A stretch of DNA of 64,000 bases from an uncultured Actinomycetota bacterium (GTDB lineage: Bacteria > Actinomycetota > Actinomycetes > Propionibacteriales > Nocardioidaceae): NCBI GenBank assembly GCA_963829635.1, contig CAWHJI010000006.1, positions 1,535-65,534 of the forward strand, written 5' to 3'. Under the pieces are notes generated by a model. That model was not told the DNA's origin. It made no database searches and saw only the letters and a program-made list of their open reading frames with translations. Both the position numbers and the translations under genes were made by a program. Positions 1 through 10,904 of the stretch are shown here, in pieces. Positions within the stretch are counted from its first letter, which is position 1; every line of letters starts with the position of its first letter.

Positions 1-194
1 TCGTGGAGGCGGTGCTGGCGGCGTACTGCTCCCGCCGCGGGGGTACGCCGGACGCCGCGCTCGCGCTCGCCCGGGCCGCGGACCTCTGGGCGCTGGTCGA
101 CCTGGCGTCGCGCCGCGGGCAGAACCCGGTGGCCGACCGGGCCCACGACCTGCTGCTCGCGATCGCCCGCGCGCGCGATCCGGCGGCAACCTGA
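1..194 (+). CDS. 3' end of a CDS running in from the window edge, product unknown
   Basis: Open frame with high-GC codon usage ending TGA at 194. Confidence 0.55.
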   Translation, partial: VEAVLAAYCSRRGGTPDAALALARAADLWALVDLASRRGQNPVADRAHDLLLAIARARDPAAT

Positions 195-520
195 GTGGGT
201 CACCGCTCAGCGCACGTCACCGGATTTCGACGCGCCCGTCGCGACCCGCAGGCTCGGACGCGGGGCTTGGTCAATCTCGCCGCTCTTGGCGCCGCGAGCT
301 GCGCTCGCGCCGCGGCGGCTCAGTTGGACGCGGCTGTGCGGGGCGGCGTACCCTTGTGAACTGCGCCTGGAGTCTGCCTGCGTCCCGGACGGAGCGGACA
401 CAGTGCTCGCTATCAGTCCGTGCCCGAGTTGGTTCCTGGGCGGGGCATCACCATCGGTAGTGAAACCGGCTTCACCGCGCGCCCGAACAACATCTGACCA
501 CCCAAGGAATCACCTCCCTT

Positions 521-2012
521 ATGACGAGCACCATCTCCACTCTTCCGGCACTGACACGACGCGCCCCAGGTGGCGATCAACGACATCGGGTCCGAAGAGG
601 AATTCCTCGCCGCGATCGACGAGACCATCAAGTACTTCAACGACGGTGACATCGTGGAGGGCACCATCGTCAAGGTCGACCGGGACGAGGTCCTGCTCGA
701 CATCGGGTACAAGACCGAGGGTGTCATCCCCTCCCGCGAGCTGAGCATCAAGCACGACGTCGACCCCAACGAGGTCGTCGCGGTCGGCGACAAGGTCGAG
801 GCGCTCGTCCTCCAGAAGGAGGACAAGGAAGGCCGCCTGATCCTGTCCAAGAAGCGCGCCCAGTACGAGCGCGCCTGGGGCACGATCGAGCAGGTCAAGG
901 AGGAGGACGGCGTCGTCGAGGGCACCGTCATCGAGGTCGTCAAGGGCGGCCTGATCCTCGACATCGGCCTGCGTGGCTTCCTCCCGGCATCGCTGGTGGA
1001 GATGCGCCGCGTCCGCGACCTGCAGCCCTACGTCGGCCAGACGCTCGAGGCGAAGATCATCGAGCTCGACAAGAACCGCAACAACGTGGTCCTGTCCCGC
1101 CGCGCCTGGCTCGAGCAGACCCAGTCCGAGGTGCGCCACGGCTTCCTGACCCAGCTCCAGAAGGGCCAGATCCGCAAGGGCGTCGTCTCCTCCATCGTCA
1201 ACTTCGGTGCGTTCGTGGACCTCGGCGGCGTCGACGGCCTCGTCCACGTCTCCGAGCTGTCCTGGAAGCACATCGACCACCCCTCCGAGGTCGTCGCCGT
1301 CGGTGACGAGGTCACCGTCGAGGTGCTCGACGTCGACATGGACCGCGAGCGGGTCTCGCTGTCGCTGAAGGCGACGCAGGAGGACCCCTGGCAGCACTTC
1401 GCCCGCACCCACCAGATCGGTCAGATCGTCCCGGGCAAGGTCACCAAGCTGGTGCCGTTCGGTTCGTTCGTCCGCGTCGAGGAGGGCATCGAGGGCCTGG
1501 TGCACATCTCCGAGCTGGCCGAGCGCCACGTGGAGATCCCCGAGCAGGTCGTCCAGGTCAACGACGACGTGATGGTCAAGATCATCGACATCGACCTCGA
1601 GCGTCGCCGGATCTCGCTGTCGCTGAAGCAGGCCAACGAGACCGCGACCGCCGCCGAGGTCGAGGACTTCGACCCGACCATGTACGGCATGACGGCGACC
1701 TACGACGAGCAGGGCAACTACGTCTACCCCGAGGGCTTCGACCCGGAGACGGGCGAGTGGCTCGAGGGCTTCGACGACCAGCGCGCGGTCTGGGAGGAGC
1801 AGTACGCCAAGGCGCACGCTCGCTGGGAGGCGCACGTCAAGCAGCAGACCGAGGCCGCCCAGGCCGAGGTCGAGGCCGGCGAGGCGACGTCGTACTCCTC
1901 CGAGCCCGCACCGGTGGCCGAGGGCGGCGGCACCGAGGAGTCCAGCGGCTCCCTGGCCTCCGACGAGGCGCTGCAGGCGCTCCGCGAGAAGCTCACCGGG
2001 GGCGGTTCCTGA
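521..2012 (+). CDS. rpsA: 30S ribosomal protein S1 (frameshift near N-terminus, ~550-565)
   Basis: Four S1 domains (DIGYKTEGVIPSRELS, FGAFVDLGGVDGLVHVSELSW); AAGGA SD then ATG at 521 (MTSTISTLP) is out of frame with the main ORF 570..2012. Confidence 0.97.
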
Positions 2013-2067
2013 GGAGGTTGCGCTGGCAACCGTCTCGAAGGGCAACTGACCCGTCCGAAACTGACGC

Positions 2068-2116
2068 GAAATGGCGTTGACCCGCCCGAAACTTTCGGGC
2101 GGGTCAACGTCATTTC
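2068..2116. terminator. 24-bp near-perfect inverted repeat between convergent genes; probable bidirectional terminator or repeat element
   Basis: gaaatggcgttgacccgcccgaaa-c-tttcgggcgggtcaacgtcatttc. Confidence 0.7.
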
Positions 2117-2276
2117 AGGGGCGGGCGAGGGGCGAGCGGAAGCGCGGGTCCTCGAAGTGGGAGAGGGGCGGTCGGGCAGGGCCTCGACCGTCGTGGATCA
2201 CCATGCGGAGGGTCTCGGCGATCATCAGAGAGGCCAGGACGAGGAGCAGAATCAGGAAGGTCATGGCAGTAATCAT
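2115..2276 (-). CDS. small single-pass membrane protein (~50 aa)
   Basis: MITAMTFLILLLVLASLMIAETLRMVIHDGRG...PPLSHFEDPRF; divergent from the GlxA-type regulator. Confidence 0.65.
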   Translation of the reverse strand: MITAMTFLILLLVLASLMIAETLRMVIHDGRGPARPPLSHFEDPRFRSPLARP

Positions 2277-2301
2277 GCCCGCGTCGTGATCCCGCCACGA
2301 G

Positions 2302-2336
2302 TGGCAGAATTGCCACCTTCCGTTGATTTTCTGCCA
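2302..2336. promoter_or_regulatory. candidate operator for the adjacent GlxA/AdpA-like regulator
   Basis: TGGCAGAA (2302-2309) ... TTCTGCCA (2329-2336) inverted repeat in an 80-bp divergent intergenic region. Confidence 0.55.
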
Positions 2337-2357
2337 AGAGTGGGGCAGGATCGTCCC

Positions 2358-3314
2358 ATGCGCAAGGTGGTGGTCCTGGTCCAGGACGGGGTCGAGCCGT
2401 TCGGGCTCGGCACGATGTGCGAGGTGTGGGGCGAGCCCTACCACCCCGAGGACGACAACCCGGTCTTCGAGTTCGTCGTCGCGACCCCCCGGCCGGGCCG
2501 GGTGCGTGGTCCGTCGGGCTTCGACCTGCACGTCGACCACGGCCTCGACGAGGTCGCCGACGCCGACCTCGTCTGCATCGCCCCCAAGCGCGACTACCTC
2601 GCGCCCTCGCCCGAGGTGGCCGCGGCCGTCGCCGCCGCCCACGAGCGCGGCGCCCTCGTCTTCGCCCACTGCACGGCGGCGTTCGTGCTCGGCGAGGCCG
2701 GCCTCCTCGACGGCCGGAGGTGTACGACGCACTGGCGGCACGTGGACACGCTCGCCGAGCTCTATCCCGAGGCGGTCATCGACGAGAACGTCCTCTACGT
2801 GCAGGACGGCACGATCGTGACCGGCGCCGGCTCGGCGGCGGGGCTCGACGCCGCGCTCCACCTGATGCGCCAGCAGTTCGGGGCGCGGGTGGCCGCGGAC
2901 GCCGCCCGCCGGATGGTGGTGCCACCGCACCGCTCCGGGGGACAGGCCCAGTTCATCGCCCGCCCGGTGCCCGACTGCGACGCCGAGACCCTCGGCCCGT
3001 TGCTGACCTGGATCATCGAGAACCTCGACGAGGACCTCGGTGTCGAGGCGCTGGCCCGCCGCTCGCACATGTCGCCGCGGACGTTCGCCCGGCGGTTCCG
3101 TGCCGAGACCGGCACCACTCCCCACAGCTGGGTGATCGCCCAGCGGATCCAGGCCGCGGAGGAGTTCCTCGAGCTCACCGACCACCCGGTCGACTGGATC
3201 GCGAGCGAGGTCGGCTTCGGCAACGCCGCCGCCCTCCGGCACCACTTCTCCCGCGCCCGCGGGGTCAGCCCGCAGCAGTACCGCCGTACGTTCACCGGCG
3301 AGAAGGCGAGCTAG
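2358..3314 (+). CDS. GlxA-family (DJ-1/PfpI + AraC HTH) transcriptional regulator
   Basis: CTAAFVLGEAGLLDGRRCTTHW, HRSGGQAQFI, SPRTFARRFRAETGTTP, GFGNAAALRHHF. Confidence 0.93.
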   Translation: MRKVVVLVQDGVEPFGLGTMCEVWGEPYHPEDDNPVFEFVVATPRPGRVRGPSGFDLHVDHGLDEVADADLVCIAPKRDYLAPSPEVAAAVAAAHERGALVFAHCTAAFVLGEAGLLDGRRCTTHWRHVDTLAELYPEAVIDENVLYVQDGTIVTGAGSAAGLDAALHLMRQQFGARVAADAARRMVVPPHRSGGQAQFIARPVPDCDAETLGPLLTWIIENLDEDLGVEALARRSHMSPRTFARRFRAETGTTPHSWVIAQRIQAAEEFLELTDHPVDWIASEVGFGNAAALRHHFSRARGVSPQQYRRTFTGEKAS

Positions 3315-4579
3315 CCTCCCCGCCGAGCCGGTCGCGGCGTACCTTCCCGGTCAGCGTGCGGGGGAGCTCCTCGAGGAAGCGCCACTCCTTGGGCCGCTTG
3401 GGTGGGGACAGCCGCTCCCGGGCGTACGACGCCAGCTCGGCCTCCGTGGCCGGGCCCACGACCGCCGCGCAGACCCGGTGGCCCCAGGCCTCGTCGGGCA
3501 CGCCGAACACCGCGACGTCCTCGACCCCCGGGTGCTCGCGCAGGGCGTTCTCCACCTCGAGCGGATAGACGTTCACGCCGCCGGAGATGATCAGGTCCTC
3601 GCGGCGGCCGTCGAGGAAGAGATAGCCGTCGTCGTCCAGCCGCCCCACGTCGCCGACCGTGAACGCCCGCCCGCCCGTCGGCGGTGCGCCCGCCACGCGG
3701 CGGCGGTCTTGTCCGGGTCCCCGAAGTAGGAGAACCGCGCATGGTCGGGCACCTCGCACCAGATCGTCCCGTCCTCGTCGAGCTCCAGCCGGCGACCTGG
3801 GCGCGCCCGCCCGACCGTGCCGGGACGTTCCAGCCACTCCTCGCTGCGACAGGCGGTGAACTGCCCCTCGCTGGCGCCGTAGAACTCCCAGGTGGAGCCC
3901 GCGGGGAAGAGCTCGATCAGCCGCCGCTTCACCGCCGGCGGGCACGGCGCCCCGGCGTGGGCGACGAGACGGAAGCAGGAGAGGTCCGGGACCCCTGCGG
4001 TCTCCCAGTACGCGAAGAGGCGCTGCAGGTGGGTCGGGACGCAGAACATCGTGGTCGGACGGTCCGCCTCGATGGCCCGCGTGACGCGCCTCGGGGTCGA
4101 AGGGCCCCGGGATGCTGAGCCGGCCCCCGGCCAGGACCGTGCCCATGCCGAACCGCAGCGGCGCGGAGTGGTAGAGCGGACTGAGCACGAGGTTCACGTC
4201 GCTGGCGGCGAACCCCCACAGGTCGCGCTCCTCGGCGAGCAGCGCCTCGGCCTGGCGCCGGTGAGAGCAGCCCCGAGTCGACCGCCTTCGGGCGGCCGGT
4301 GGTCCCGCTGGTCACGTGCATCGGCCGGCCCAGGGGGAGCCCCCGAGGATCGAGCCGGTCGAGGATCGGCGCCAGCGCCTCGGGGTGCTCCACGACCAGC
4401 GCCGGCCGGACGTCGGCCAGGATGCTGGTCCGTTCGGCCTCCGTCAGGCGGGGGTCGAGCGGCACCGGGAACAGCCCGGCGGCCAGCAGGCCGATCGCCG
4501 CGTCGACGTACGCCGCCGAGCCGGGCAACAGGAGGGCCACCCGGTCCCCGGGCGTGAGGTCCGTGGCGGGATCGAGCAT
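3292..4579 (-). CDS. AMP-binding acyl-CoA synthetase family protein (several frameshifts)
   Basis: TSGTTGRPKAV, EFYGASEG, GDVGRLDDDGYLFLDGRREDLIISGGVNVYP and LPRTLTGK split across different frames. Confidence 0.85.
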
Positions 4580-4670
4580 CCGACCAGTATCCCGGCCGTG
4601 GTCGTTTACCCGGGGCGGGGGATCTGTCAGGCTCCTCCCAACCTGACGGGGAGCGAGGGTGGAGACGCCG

Positions 4671-5589
4671 ATGACAGTGGGGGACGCCGAGGGGCTCGAC
4701 CCGCTCGAGCATCCGATGGTGATGGCGGCCATGGCCCGTCTCGGGGGGAACGGCAGCTGGGCGCGGCTGGTGGCCGGTGGCGAGCTCACCGACCCGATGG
4801 ACCTGGCCGACGCCGAGCTGCTCGTCGCGGTGGGTCTCCTCGTCGCCGAGGGCGACCACCTGCGCGTGGCGCGCGAACGACCCGCGACTGCAGGACCCCG
4901 AGACGATGAGCTACGGGATCCGCGCCCGGCTCCAGCGCGCACTCCAGCACGCGGGAGGGACCGCGGTCGGGTGGGGCGCCCAGGACACGACACTGATGCT
5001 CAACCAGGGGCGGGCCAGCGCCGTCGCCGCCGAGATGATGGCGGACCAGCTGATCCCCGGGATGCGTTCCGTGCGGGAGGCCTTCGCCGAGCACGGGCGG
5101 TTCCTCGACGTCGGGGTCGGCGTCGGCGCGGTCTCGATCGCGCTGTGCCGTCGGTTCCCGCGGGTCGCCGTGCTCGGCATCGACGTCCTGGAGCCGGCAC
5201 TCGAGCTGGCGATGGCGGAGATCATCGCGGCGAAGCTGCAGAACCGGATCATGCTGCGGCACCTCTCCGTGGCCCAGCTGTCGGCGGAGGACGTCTTCGA
5301 CCTGGCCTGGCTGCCCCAGCCGTTCATCCCGTGGAACGCGCTGGTCGACGGTGCGGGGGCGGTGTTCCGCGCCCTGAAGCCGGACGGGTGGCTGGTCATG
5401 CCCCTGGCCACCCCCACCGAGGACGTGAACGGACTCGAGGCCGCCGTCCTGATCCACTCCTCACACGTGCTCGGCGGCGGCCCGGTGACCGTGCCCCTGG
5501 CCGCCGACCTGCTCGCCACCGTCGGCTTCGTCGACATCGACACCCACCGCTTCGGCACCCAGGCCATGGTGATCGCCCGCAAGCCCTGA
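4671..5589 (+). CDS. class I SAM-dependent methyltransferase (frameshift ~4880)
   Basis: FLDVGVGVG motif I, FDLAWL, ALKPDGWL; GGAG SD before ATG 4671. Confidence 0.8.
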
Positions 5590-5644
5590 CGCGCGGCCTG
5601 ACCGGGTGGGTGAGGCCGCCGGCCCACGACGTACGGTGATCGCC

Positions 5645-6239
5645 ATGCGTGTGGGACTCACCGGCGGCGTCGCGTCGGGCAAGAGCACCGTCTCGGCGAT
5701 CCTGACCGAGCTGGGCGCACTGGTCATCGACGCCGACCTGCTCGCCCGTGAGGTGGTGGCGCGGGGGACACCCGGGCTGAAGGCGGTCGTCGAGGAGTTC
5801 GGCGAGGAGCTGCTGACCGCCGACGGCGACCTGGACCGTGCGGCGATGGGGACCCTGGTCTTCAACGACGAGGCGGCCCGGAAGCGTCTGGAGGAGATCG
5901 TGCACCCGCTGGTCTTCGAGCGGATCGTGGAGCTCGAGGAGCAGGCGGGTCCCGACGACGTGGTGGTGCACGACATCCCGCTGCTCGCGGAGAGCGGTCG
6001 GGCGGACACCTTCGACGCGGTGATCGTGGTCGACGCCCCCGCGGAGCTCCAGGTCGCAGCGGATGGTCGAGGAGCGCGGCTGGACGCCGGCGGACGCCGA
6101 GTCCCGGATCGCCGCCCAGGCCTCCCGCCAGGACCGGCTGGCGATCGCCACCCACGTGATCGAGAACGCCGGGACGCTGGAGGAGCTGCGCCGCCGCGTC
6201 ACCGAGGTCTACCGCGAGCTCGGGGAGGAGCCCTCGTGA
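5645..6239 (+). CDS. coaE: dephospho-CoA kinase (frameshift ~6058)
   Basis: MRVGLTGGVASGKST P-loop, IDADLLAREVV, LEEIVHP, HDIPLL; C-terminus (RIAAQASRQDRLAIATHVIEN) in a shifted frame. Confidence 0.93.
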
Positions 6240-7504
6240 GGTTGCTCGTCGCCGTACTGCTGGGCTGCGCCCTGCTGGTGGGCTGCTCCGACGACACCGC
6301 CCCCAGCGGCGGTGGTGGCCGGCAGAGTGCCGCCGCCGGATCCGAGCCCACCCAGGACCCCGCCGAGCCGCTCGGCTGGGGGCCGACCGCCGGCGAGCTG
6401 GCGCAGGCCGAGGAGCTGGTCGCGGGGATGAGCCCGGAGGAGCTGGCCGGGCAGGTGATCGTGGGGCGGTACGCCGGCACCGATCCCGCCGTCCCCGGCT
6501 CGCTGGTCCGCGACCTCCACCTGGCCGGCGTCTGCGTCACCTCCGACAACGTCGTGGCCGAGGGTCAGGTGCGGGCCACGACGCGGGCGGTGACCGAGGC
6601 ACACCGGGCCGACGGCCGCACGCACCCGCCGATCATCGGCGTCGACCAGGAGGGTGGCGTGGTCTCCCACCTGGCCGGCATCGCGACCGAGTTCCCGCCG
6701 TTCGCCACCGCGGGCGCCGCGCTCCAGGCAGACCCGCGGACAGGTCGGGCGGCCGTCCGCGAGGCCGCGGCCGCGACCGCGCTGGAGCTGCGGATGCTCG
6801 GCTTCACCTGGGTCTTCGCCCCGGTCGCCGACGTCACCATCGGGGCCGCCGACCCGACGATCGGGACCCGGTCGCCGTCCGGGGACCCGCGCACCGCGGC
6901 GGCCGCGACCGGCGCCGCCGTGACCGGCTACGAGCAGGCGGGCGTGGTCTCGACCACCAAGCACTTCCCCGGACACGGCGCAGCCACCTCCGACAGCCAC
7001 GAGGTGCTGCCCGTCATCGACGCGCCGCTGGCGGAGCTGCGCAAGCGCGACCTGGTGCCGTTCGAGGCGGCGGTCGACGCCGGGGCGCCGGCGATCATGA
7101 TCGGCCACCTCGACGTGCGGGCGATGGCCTCCGGGACCCCGTCGAGCCTGGCCCCCGAGGTCTACGACTACCTCCGCGACGAACTGGGGTTCGAGGGCGT
7201 CGCGATCACCGACTCGATGGGCATGGGGGGCGTGCTCGGCAACGGCGGCCTGCCCGCGGTCGACGCGCTCAACGCCGGGGCCGACCTGCTGCTGATGCCG
7301 GCGGACACGGCCGGCACGCATGCCACCCTGACCAAGGCCATCAAGAGCGGCACCGTCGAGCGTGGCCGGGCCGAGGAGGCCGCCGCCCGGGTGGTCGCGC
7401 TCCAGCTGTGGCAGCAGCGGCGGGCCGAGCAGGTGCGGGTGCCCGCTGACGTCGTACGACGCGCGCAGGAGGCCGCCGCGGCGCTGACCGCGGCGGCGTA
7501 CTAG
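6236..7504 (+). CDS. glycoside hydrolase family 3 beta-N-acetylhexosaminidase-like lipoprotein
   Basis: Lipobox LLVGC; DQEGGVV, KHFPGHG, SDSH, LRDELGFEGVAITDSMGM; GTGA overlap with coaE. Confidence 0.88.
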   Translation: MRLLVAVLLGCALLVGCSDDTAPSGGGGRQSAAAGSEPTQDPAEPLGWGPTAGELAQAEELVAGMSPEELAGQVIVGRYAGTDPAVPGSLVRDLHLAGVCVTSDNVVAEGQVRATTRAVTEAHRADGRTHPPIIGVDQEGGVVSHLAGIATEFPPFATAGAALQADPRTGRAAVREAAAATALELRMLGFTWVFAPVADVTIGAADPTIGTRSPSGDPRTAAAATGAAVTGYEQAGVVSTTKHFPGHGAATSDSHEVLPVIDAPLAELRKRDLVPFEAAVDAGAPAIMIGHLDVRAMASGTPSSLAPEVYDYLRDELGFEGVAITDSMGMGGVLGNGGLPAVDALNAGADLLLMPADTAGTHATLTKAIKSGTVERGRAEEAAARVVALQLWQQRRAEQVRVPADVVRRAQEAAAALTAAAY

Positions 7505-7544
7505 GTCTCGATACGCTCGCTTCGCTCGCTACTCGACCACCGAA
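7504..7544 (+). repeat. solitary REP-like repeat (same family as 34460-35229)
   Basis: ggtctcgatacg-ctcgcttcgctcg-ctactcgaccaccgaa. Confidence 0.85.
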
Positions 7545-7586
7545 ACCGACTCGCTCGCTGCGCTCGCGAGACTGCGCCCACTCGGG

Positions 7587-8543
7587 TCACGCGGCGATGT
7601 CGGGGTCGCCCAGCCGGCGCAGCTTGTGCAGCGCCTCGCGCTCGAGCTGGCGGACCCGCTCGGCGGAGATGCCGTGCTTGGCGCCGATGTCGGCCAGCTT
7701 GTGCTGCCGTCCGTCGACGAGTCCGTAGCGGGACCGGATGATGTCGGCGGACCGGTCGTCGAGCAGGCCGACGAGGCCGTTGAGCCGTTCGCGGGACTCC
7801 ACGTCGAGGACGCTGAGGTCCGGGCCGGGGGAGGTCTCCTGCGCCATCAGGTCACCCAGCGAGGTGTCGCCGTCCTCGTCGACAGGGGTGTCGAGGCTGA
7901 CGTGCTCGCGGCCCCACGCCATCAGGTCCAGGACCCGGTCGACGTCCATGTCGAGCTCGGTGGCGATCTCCTCGGGGCCCGGCTCGCGGCCGAGCTGACG
8001 CTCCAGGGTCCGGCGGGCGCCGCCGACCTGGTTGAGCTCCTCGACGACGTGGACGGGCAGCCGGACCACCCGCGCCTGCTGGGCGATGCCGCGCGTGATC
8101 GCCTGGCGCACCCACCAGGTCGCGTAGGTGGAGAACTTGTAGCCCTTCGCGTAGTCGAACTTCTCGACCGCGCGGATCAGGCCGGTGTTGCCCTCCTGGA
8201 TCAGGTCGAGCATCGGCATCTGCGCCCGGCCGTACTTGCGGGCGATGGAGACGACCAGCCGCAGGTTGGCGGTGATGAACGTGTTCACCGCCTTCTGGCC
8301 CTCCTCGGCCAGCCACTCGAGCTCCTCGCGGCTGGCCCGCATCGGGGCGCCACCCTTCGCCCGGGCGACCCGGCCGGTGTCGAGCAGGTGCTGGGCCATC
8401 AGCCCTGCCTCGATGGTCTTGGACAGCTCGACCTCCGTGGCGGCGTCGAGCAGCGGGTTGCGCGCGATCTCGTCGAGGTAGAGGCCGACGCTGTCGCGCC
8501 CCTCGATCTCGCGGGTGTGGGCCGTTGCCGTTCGTGGTGCCAT
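7587..8543 (-). CDS. group 2 sigma-70 factor (SigB/HrdD-like)
   Basis: [56 protein letters not shown]; lacks region 1.1. Confidence 0.92.
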   Translation of the reverse strand: MAPRTATAHTREIEGRDSVGLYLDEIARNPLLDAATEVELSKTIEAGLMAQHLLDTGRVARAKGGAPMRASREELEWLAEEGQKAVNTFITANLRLVVSIARKYGRAQMPMLDLIQEGNTGLIRAVEKFDYAKGYKFSTYATWWVRQAITRGIAQQARVVRLPVHVVEELNQVGGARRTLERQLGREPGPEEIATELDMDVDRVLDLMAWGREHVSLDTPVDEDGDTSLGDLMAQETSPGPDLSVLDVESRERLNGLVGLLDDRSADIIRSRYGLVDGRQHKLADIGAKHGISAERVRQLEREALHKLRRLGDPDIAA

Positions 8544-8597
8544 CTCGCCGCCTCCTTTTCGCGAGGTGACGTCGCCGCGCCGCCTCACATTCGTCCC

Positions 8598-8623
8598 AAC
8601 GACTCCGTGCCCCGGGAGATTCC
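8598..8623 (-). promoter_or_regulatory. SigR/SigH/SigE-type promoter upstream of the group 2 sigma gene
   Basis: Minus strand GGAAT-N18-GTT. Confidence 0.7.
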
Positions 8624-8709
8624 CGGTCAATCGTGGTTCGGAGTCTTCATGGGAATGGACGGGTGAGCGGGCGCGGAAGTTGCCCGGGAACCGAACTCTC
8701 AGGGACTTC

Positions 8710-10867
8710 TCAGGGGTGCCCCGCGGAGTCGGCCAGGCCCATCCGGTCCAGGATCCAGGCCAGCGAGAACGCGCGGTCGTGCCAGGACTTGTAGCGTCCC
8801 GAGACGCCGCCGTGACCGGCGCTCATCTCGGTCTTGAGCAGGAAGTCCCGCCGGCCGGTCGCCGTGGCCCGGAGCCGGGCGATCCACTTGGCCGGCTCGA
8901 CGTACAGCACCCGGGTGTCGTGGAGCGAGGTCTCGGCCAGGATCGGCGGGTAGTCCACCGCGGCGACGTTGTCGTACGGCGCGTAGCCGGCGATCCGGTC
9001 GTACGCCGCCGGGTCGCCCTCCGGGTTGCCCCACTCGTCGTACTCGGTGACCGTGAGCGGGAGGGTGGAGTCGAGCATCGTGGTCAGCACGTCGACGAAC
9101 GGCACGTTGGCCACGATCCCGCCGAACGCCTCCGGGGCGAGGTTGGCGACCGCGCCCATCAGCAGGCCGCCGGCGCTGGCACCCTCGGCGATGGTCAGCT
9201 CGGGGGTGGTCCAGCCGGTCTCCGCCAGGTGGCGGGCACAGGCGACGAAGTCGCTGAACGTGTTCTCCTTGTGCGCCAGCTTGCCGTCGTCGTACCAGCG
9301 GCGGCCCATCTCGCCGCCGCCGCGGACGTGGGCGATCGCGAACGCCGCCCCCCGGTCGAGGAGGGAGAGCCGCGCGATCGAGAAGTAGGGGTCGATGGAC
9401 GCCTCGTAGGCGCCGTAGCCGTAGAGCAGGAGGGGTACGGGGCGCGCGGCCGTCGTGTCGCGACGCGCCACGACCGAGATCGGCACCCGCTCGCCGTCGT
9501 CGGCGGTCGCCCACAACCGGTGCTCCTCGTAGTCGGCGGGGTCGTAGCCGCCGAGCACCGGCGCGCGGCGCAGCAGGGTGCGCTCCCGGCTGCGGACGTC
9601 GTAGTCGTAGACGGAGGCCGGGATCGTCATCGAGGTGTAGCCCAGCCGCACCACGGGGGCGTCGAAGGACGGGTTGGCGCCGGACCCGATCGTGTAGACC
9701 TCCTCGTCGAACTCCACGAGGTAGTCGTCGGTCACTCCGGTGGCCCCGAGCTCGAGGATCCGCAGCTGGGTCAGCCCGTCGCTGCGCTGGTGCACGACGA
9801 GGTGCCCCGCGTGCGCGTCGACCTCCTCGAGCCGGACCGCGGCGTGGTGCGGGACGAGCGCCCGCCAGTCCGCCGCCGCGGTCGGCTCGACCGGCGCCAC
9901 GCCGATCTCGAAGTCCGGCCCCGTGCGGTTGTGCAGCACGAGGAAGACGTCCTCGCCGGCGACGACGGCGTGCTCGACGCTGTACTCGAGGTCCTCCCGC
10001 CGCGGGGCGAACACCCGCCACCCGAGGTCCGGCCGGTCGGCGTCGAGGAAGCGGTACTCGGTGGTGGTCTTCGACCCGCTCGCCACCATCAGGAACCGGT
10101 CGGAGCGGCTGCGGCCGACGCCGACGAAGAACCGGCCGTCGGTCTCGTGGTGCACGAGCTCGTCGGCGGCCTGGGCCGTGCCGAGCCGGTGTCGCCACAC
10201 CTTGTCGGCGCGCCACGACTCGTCGACGGTCACGTAGTAGAAGTCGCGCCCGTCGCGGGACCAGGTCACGCCGCCGAGGACGCCGGTGATCTCGTCGTCG
10301 TGCAGGTCGCCGGTGGCGAGGTCCTTGACCCGGACGGTGTACCGCTCGTCGCCGGTGGTGTCGGTCGCGTACGCGAGCAGGGTGGAGTCGGGGCTGATCG
10401 AGGAGCCGCCGAGGGAGAAGAACTCGTGTCCGTCGCGCGAGCTGGTCGAGGTCGAGCAGCAGCTCCTCGCCCGGGAGGGCGGGCTGGTCGGGAGAGCAGT
10501 CCTCGTCGGGTCGCGGGGGAGTCCAGTCGTCCTCGTGGCGAACCGGGACCCGGCAGCTGGCGCCGTACTCCCGGCCCTCGAAGGACCGCGCGTAGTACCA
10601 GTGGCCGCGGTTGCGGATCGGCACCGAGAGGTCCGTCTCCCGCGTGCGGGCCTTGATCTCCTCGAAGATCGACTGCCGCAGGTCCGCGAGGTGGGCGGTG
10701 CGCGCCTTCGTGTAGTCGTTCTCGGCCTCCAGGTACGCCGTCACCTCCGGCTCGCCCTTGCCGCGGAGCCACTCGTAGTCGTCGACCCGGGTGCGGCCAT
10801 GGTGGGTGCGGGTGACGCGGTGCTGGGGGGCGACGGGGGGTTCGAGGGGCGGCGCGTCAGGATCCAT
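8710..10867 (-). CDS. ptrB: oligopeptidase B, S9 family (frameshift ~10435)
   Basis: DDYEWLR, YLEAENDYT, YGYGAY, HVRGGGEMGRRWY, GASAGG, HDTRVLYVEPAKW, AGHGG. Confidence 0.92.
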
Positions 10868-10904
10868 GCGGCGCAGGCTATCCACCGGGCGCTAGCGTCG
10901 ACGC

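Noticed and set aside
519-2045. Long antisense ORFs overlapping rpsA and many other genes
   Set aside because: Expected shadow ORFs from GC-rich codon bias; no recognisable motifs.
5606-7504. CoaE-GH3 fusion protein (632 aa in the ORF track)
   Set aside because: Artefact of a frameshift at ~6058; the CoaE C-terminus is in another frame and the GH3 gene has its own GTG start and lipobox.
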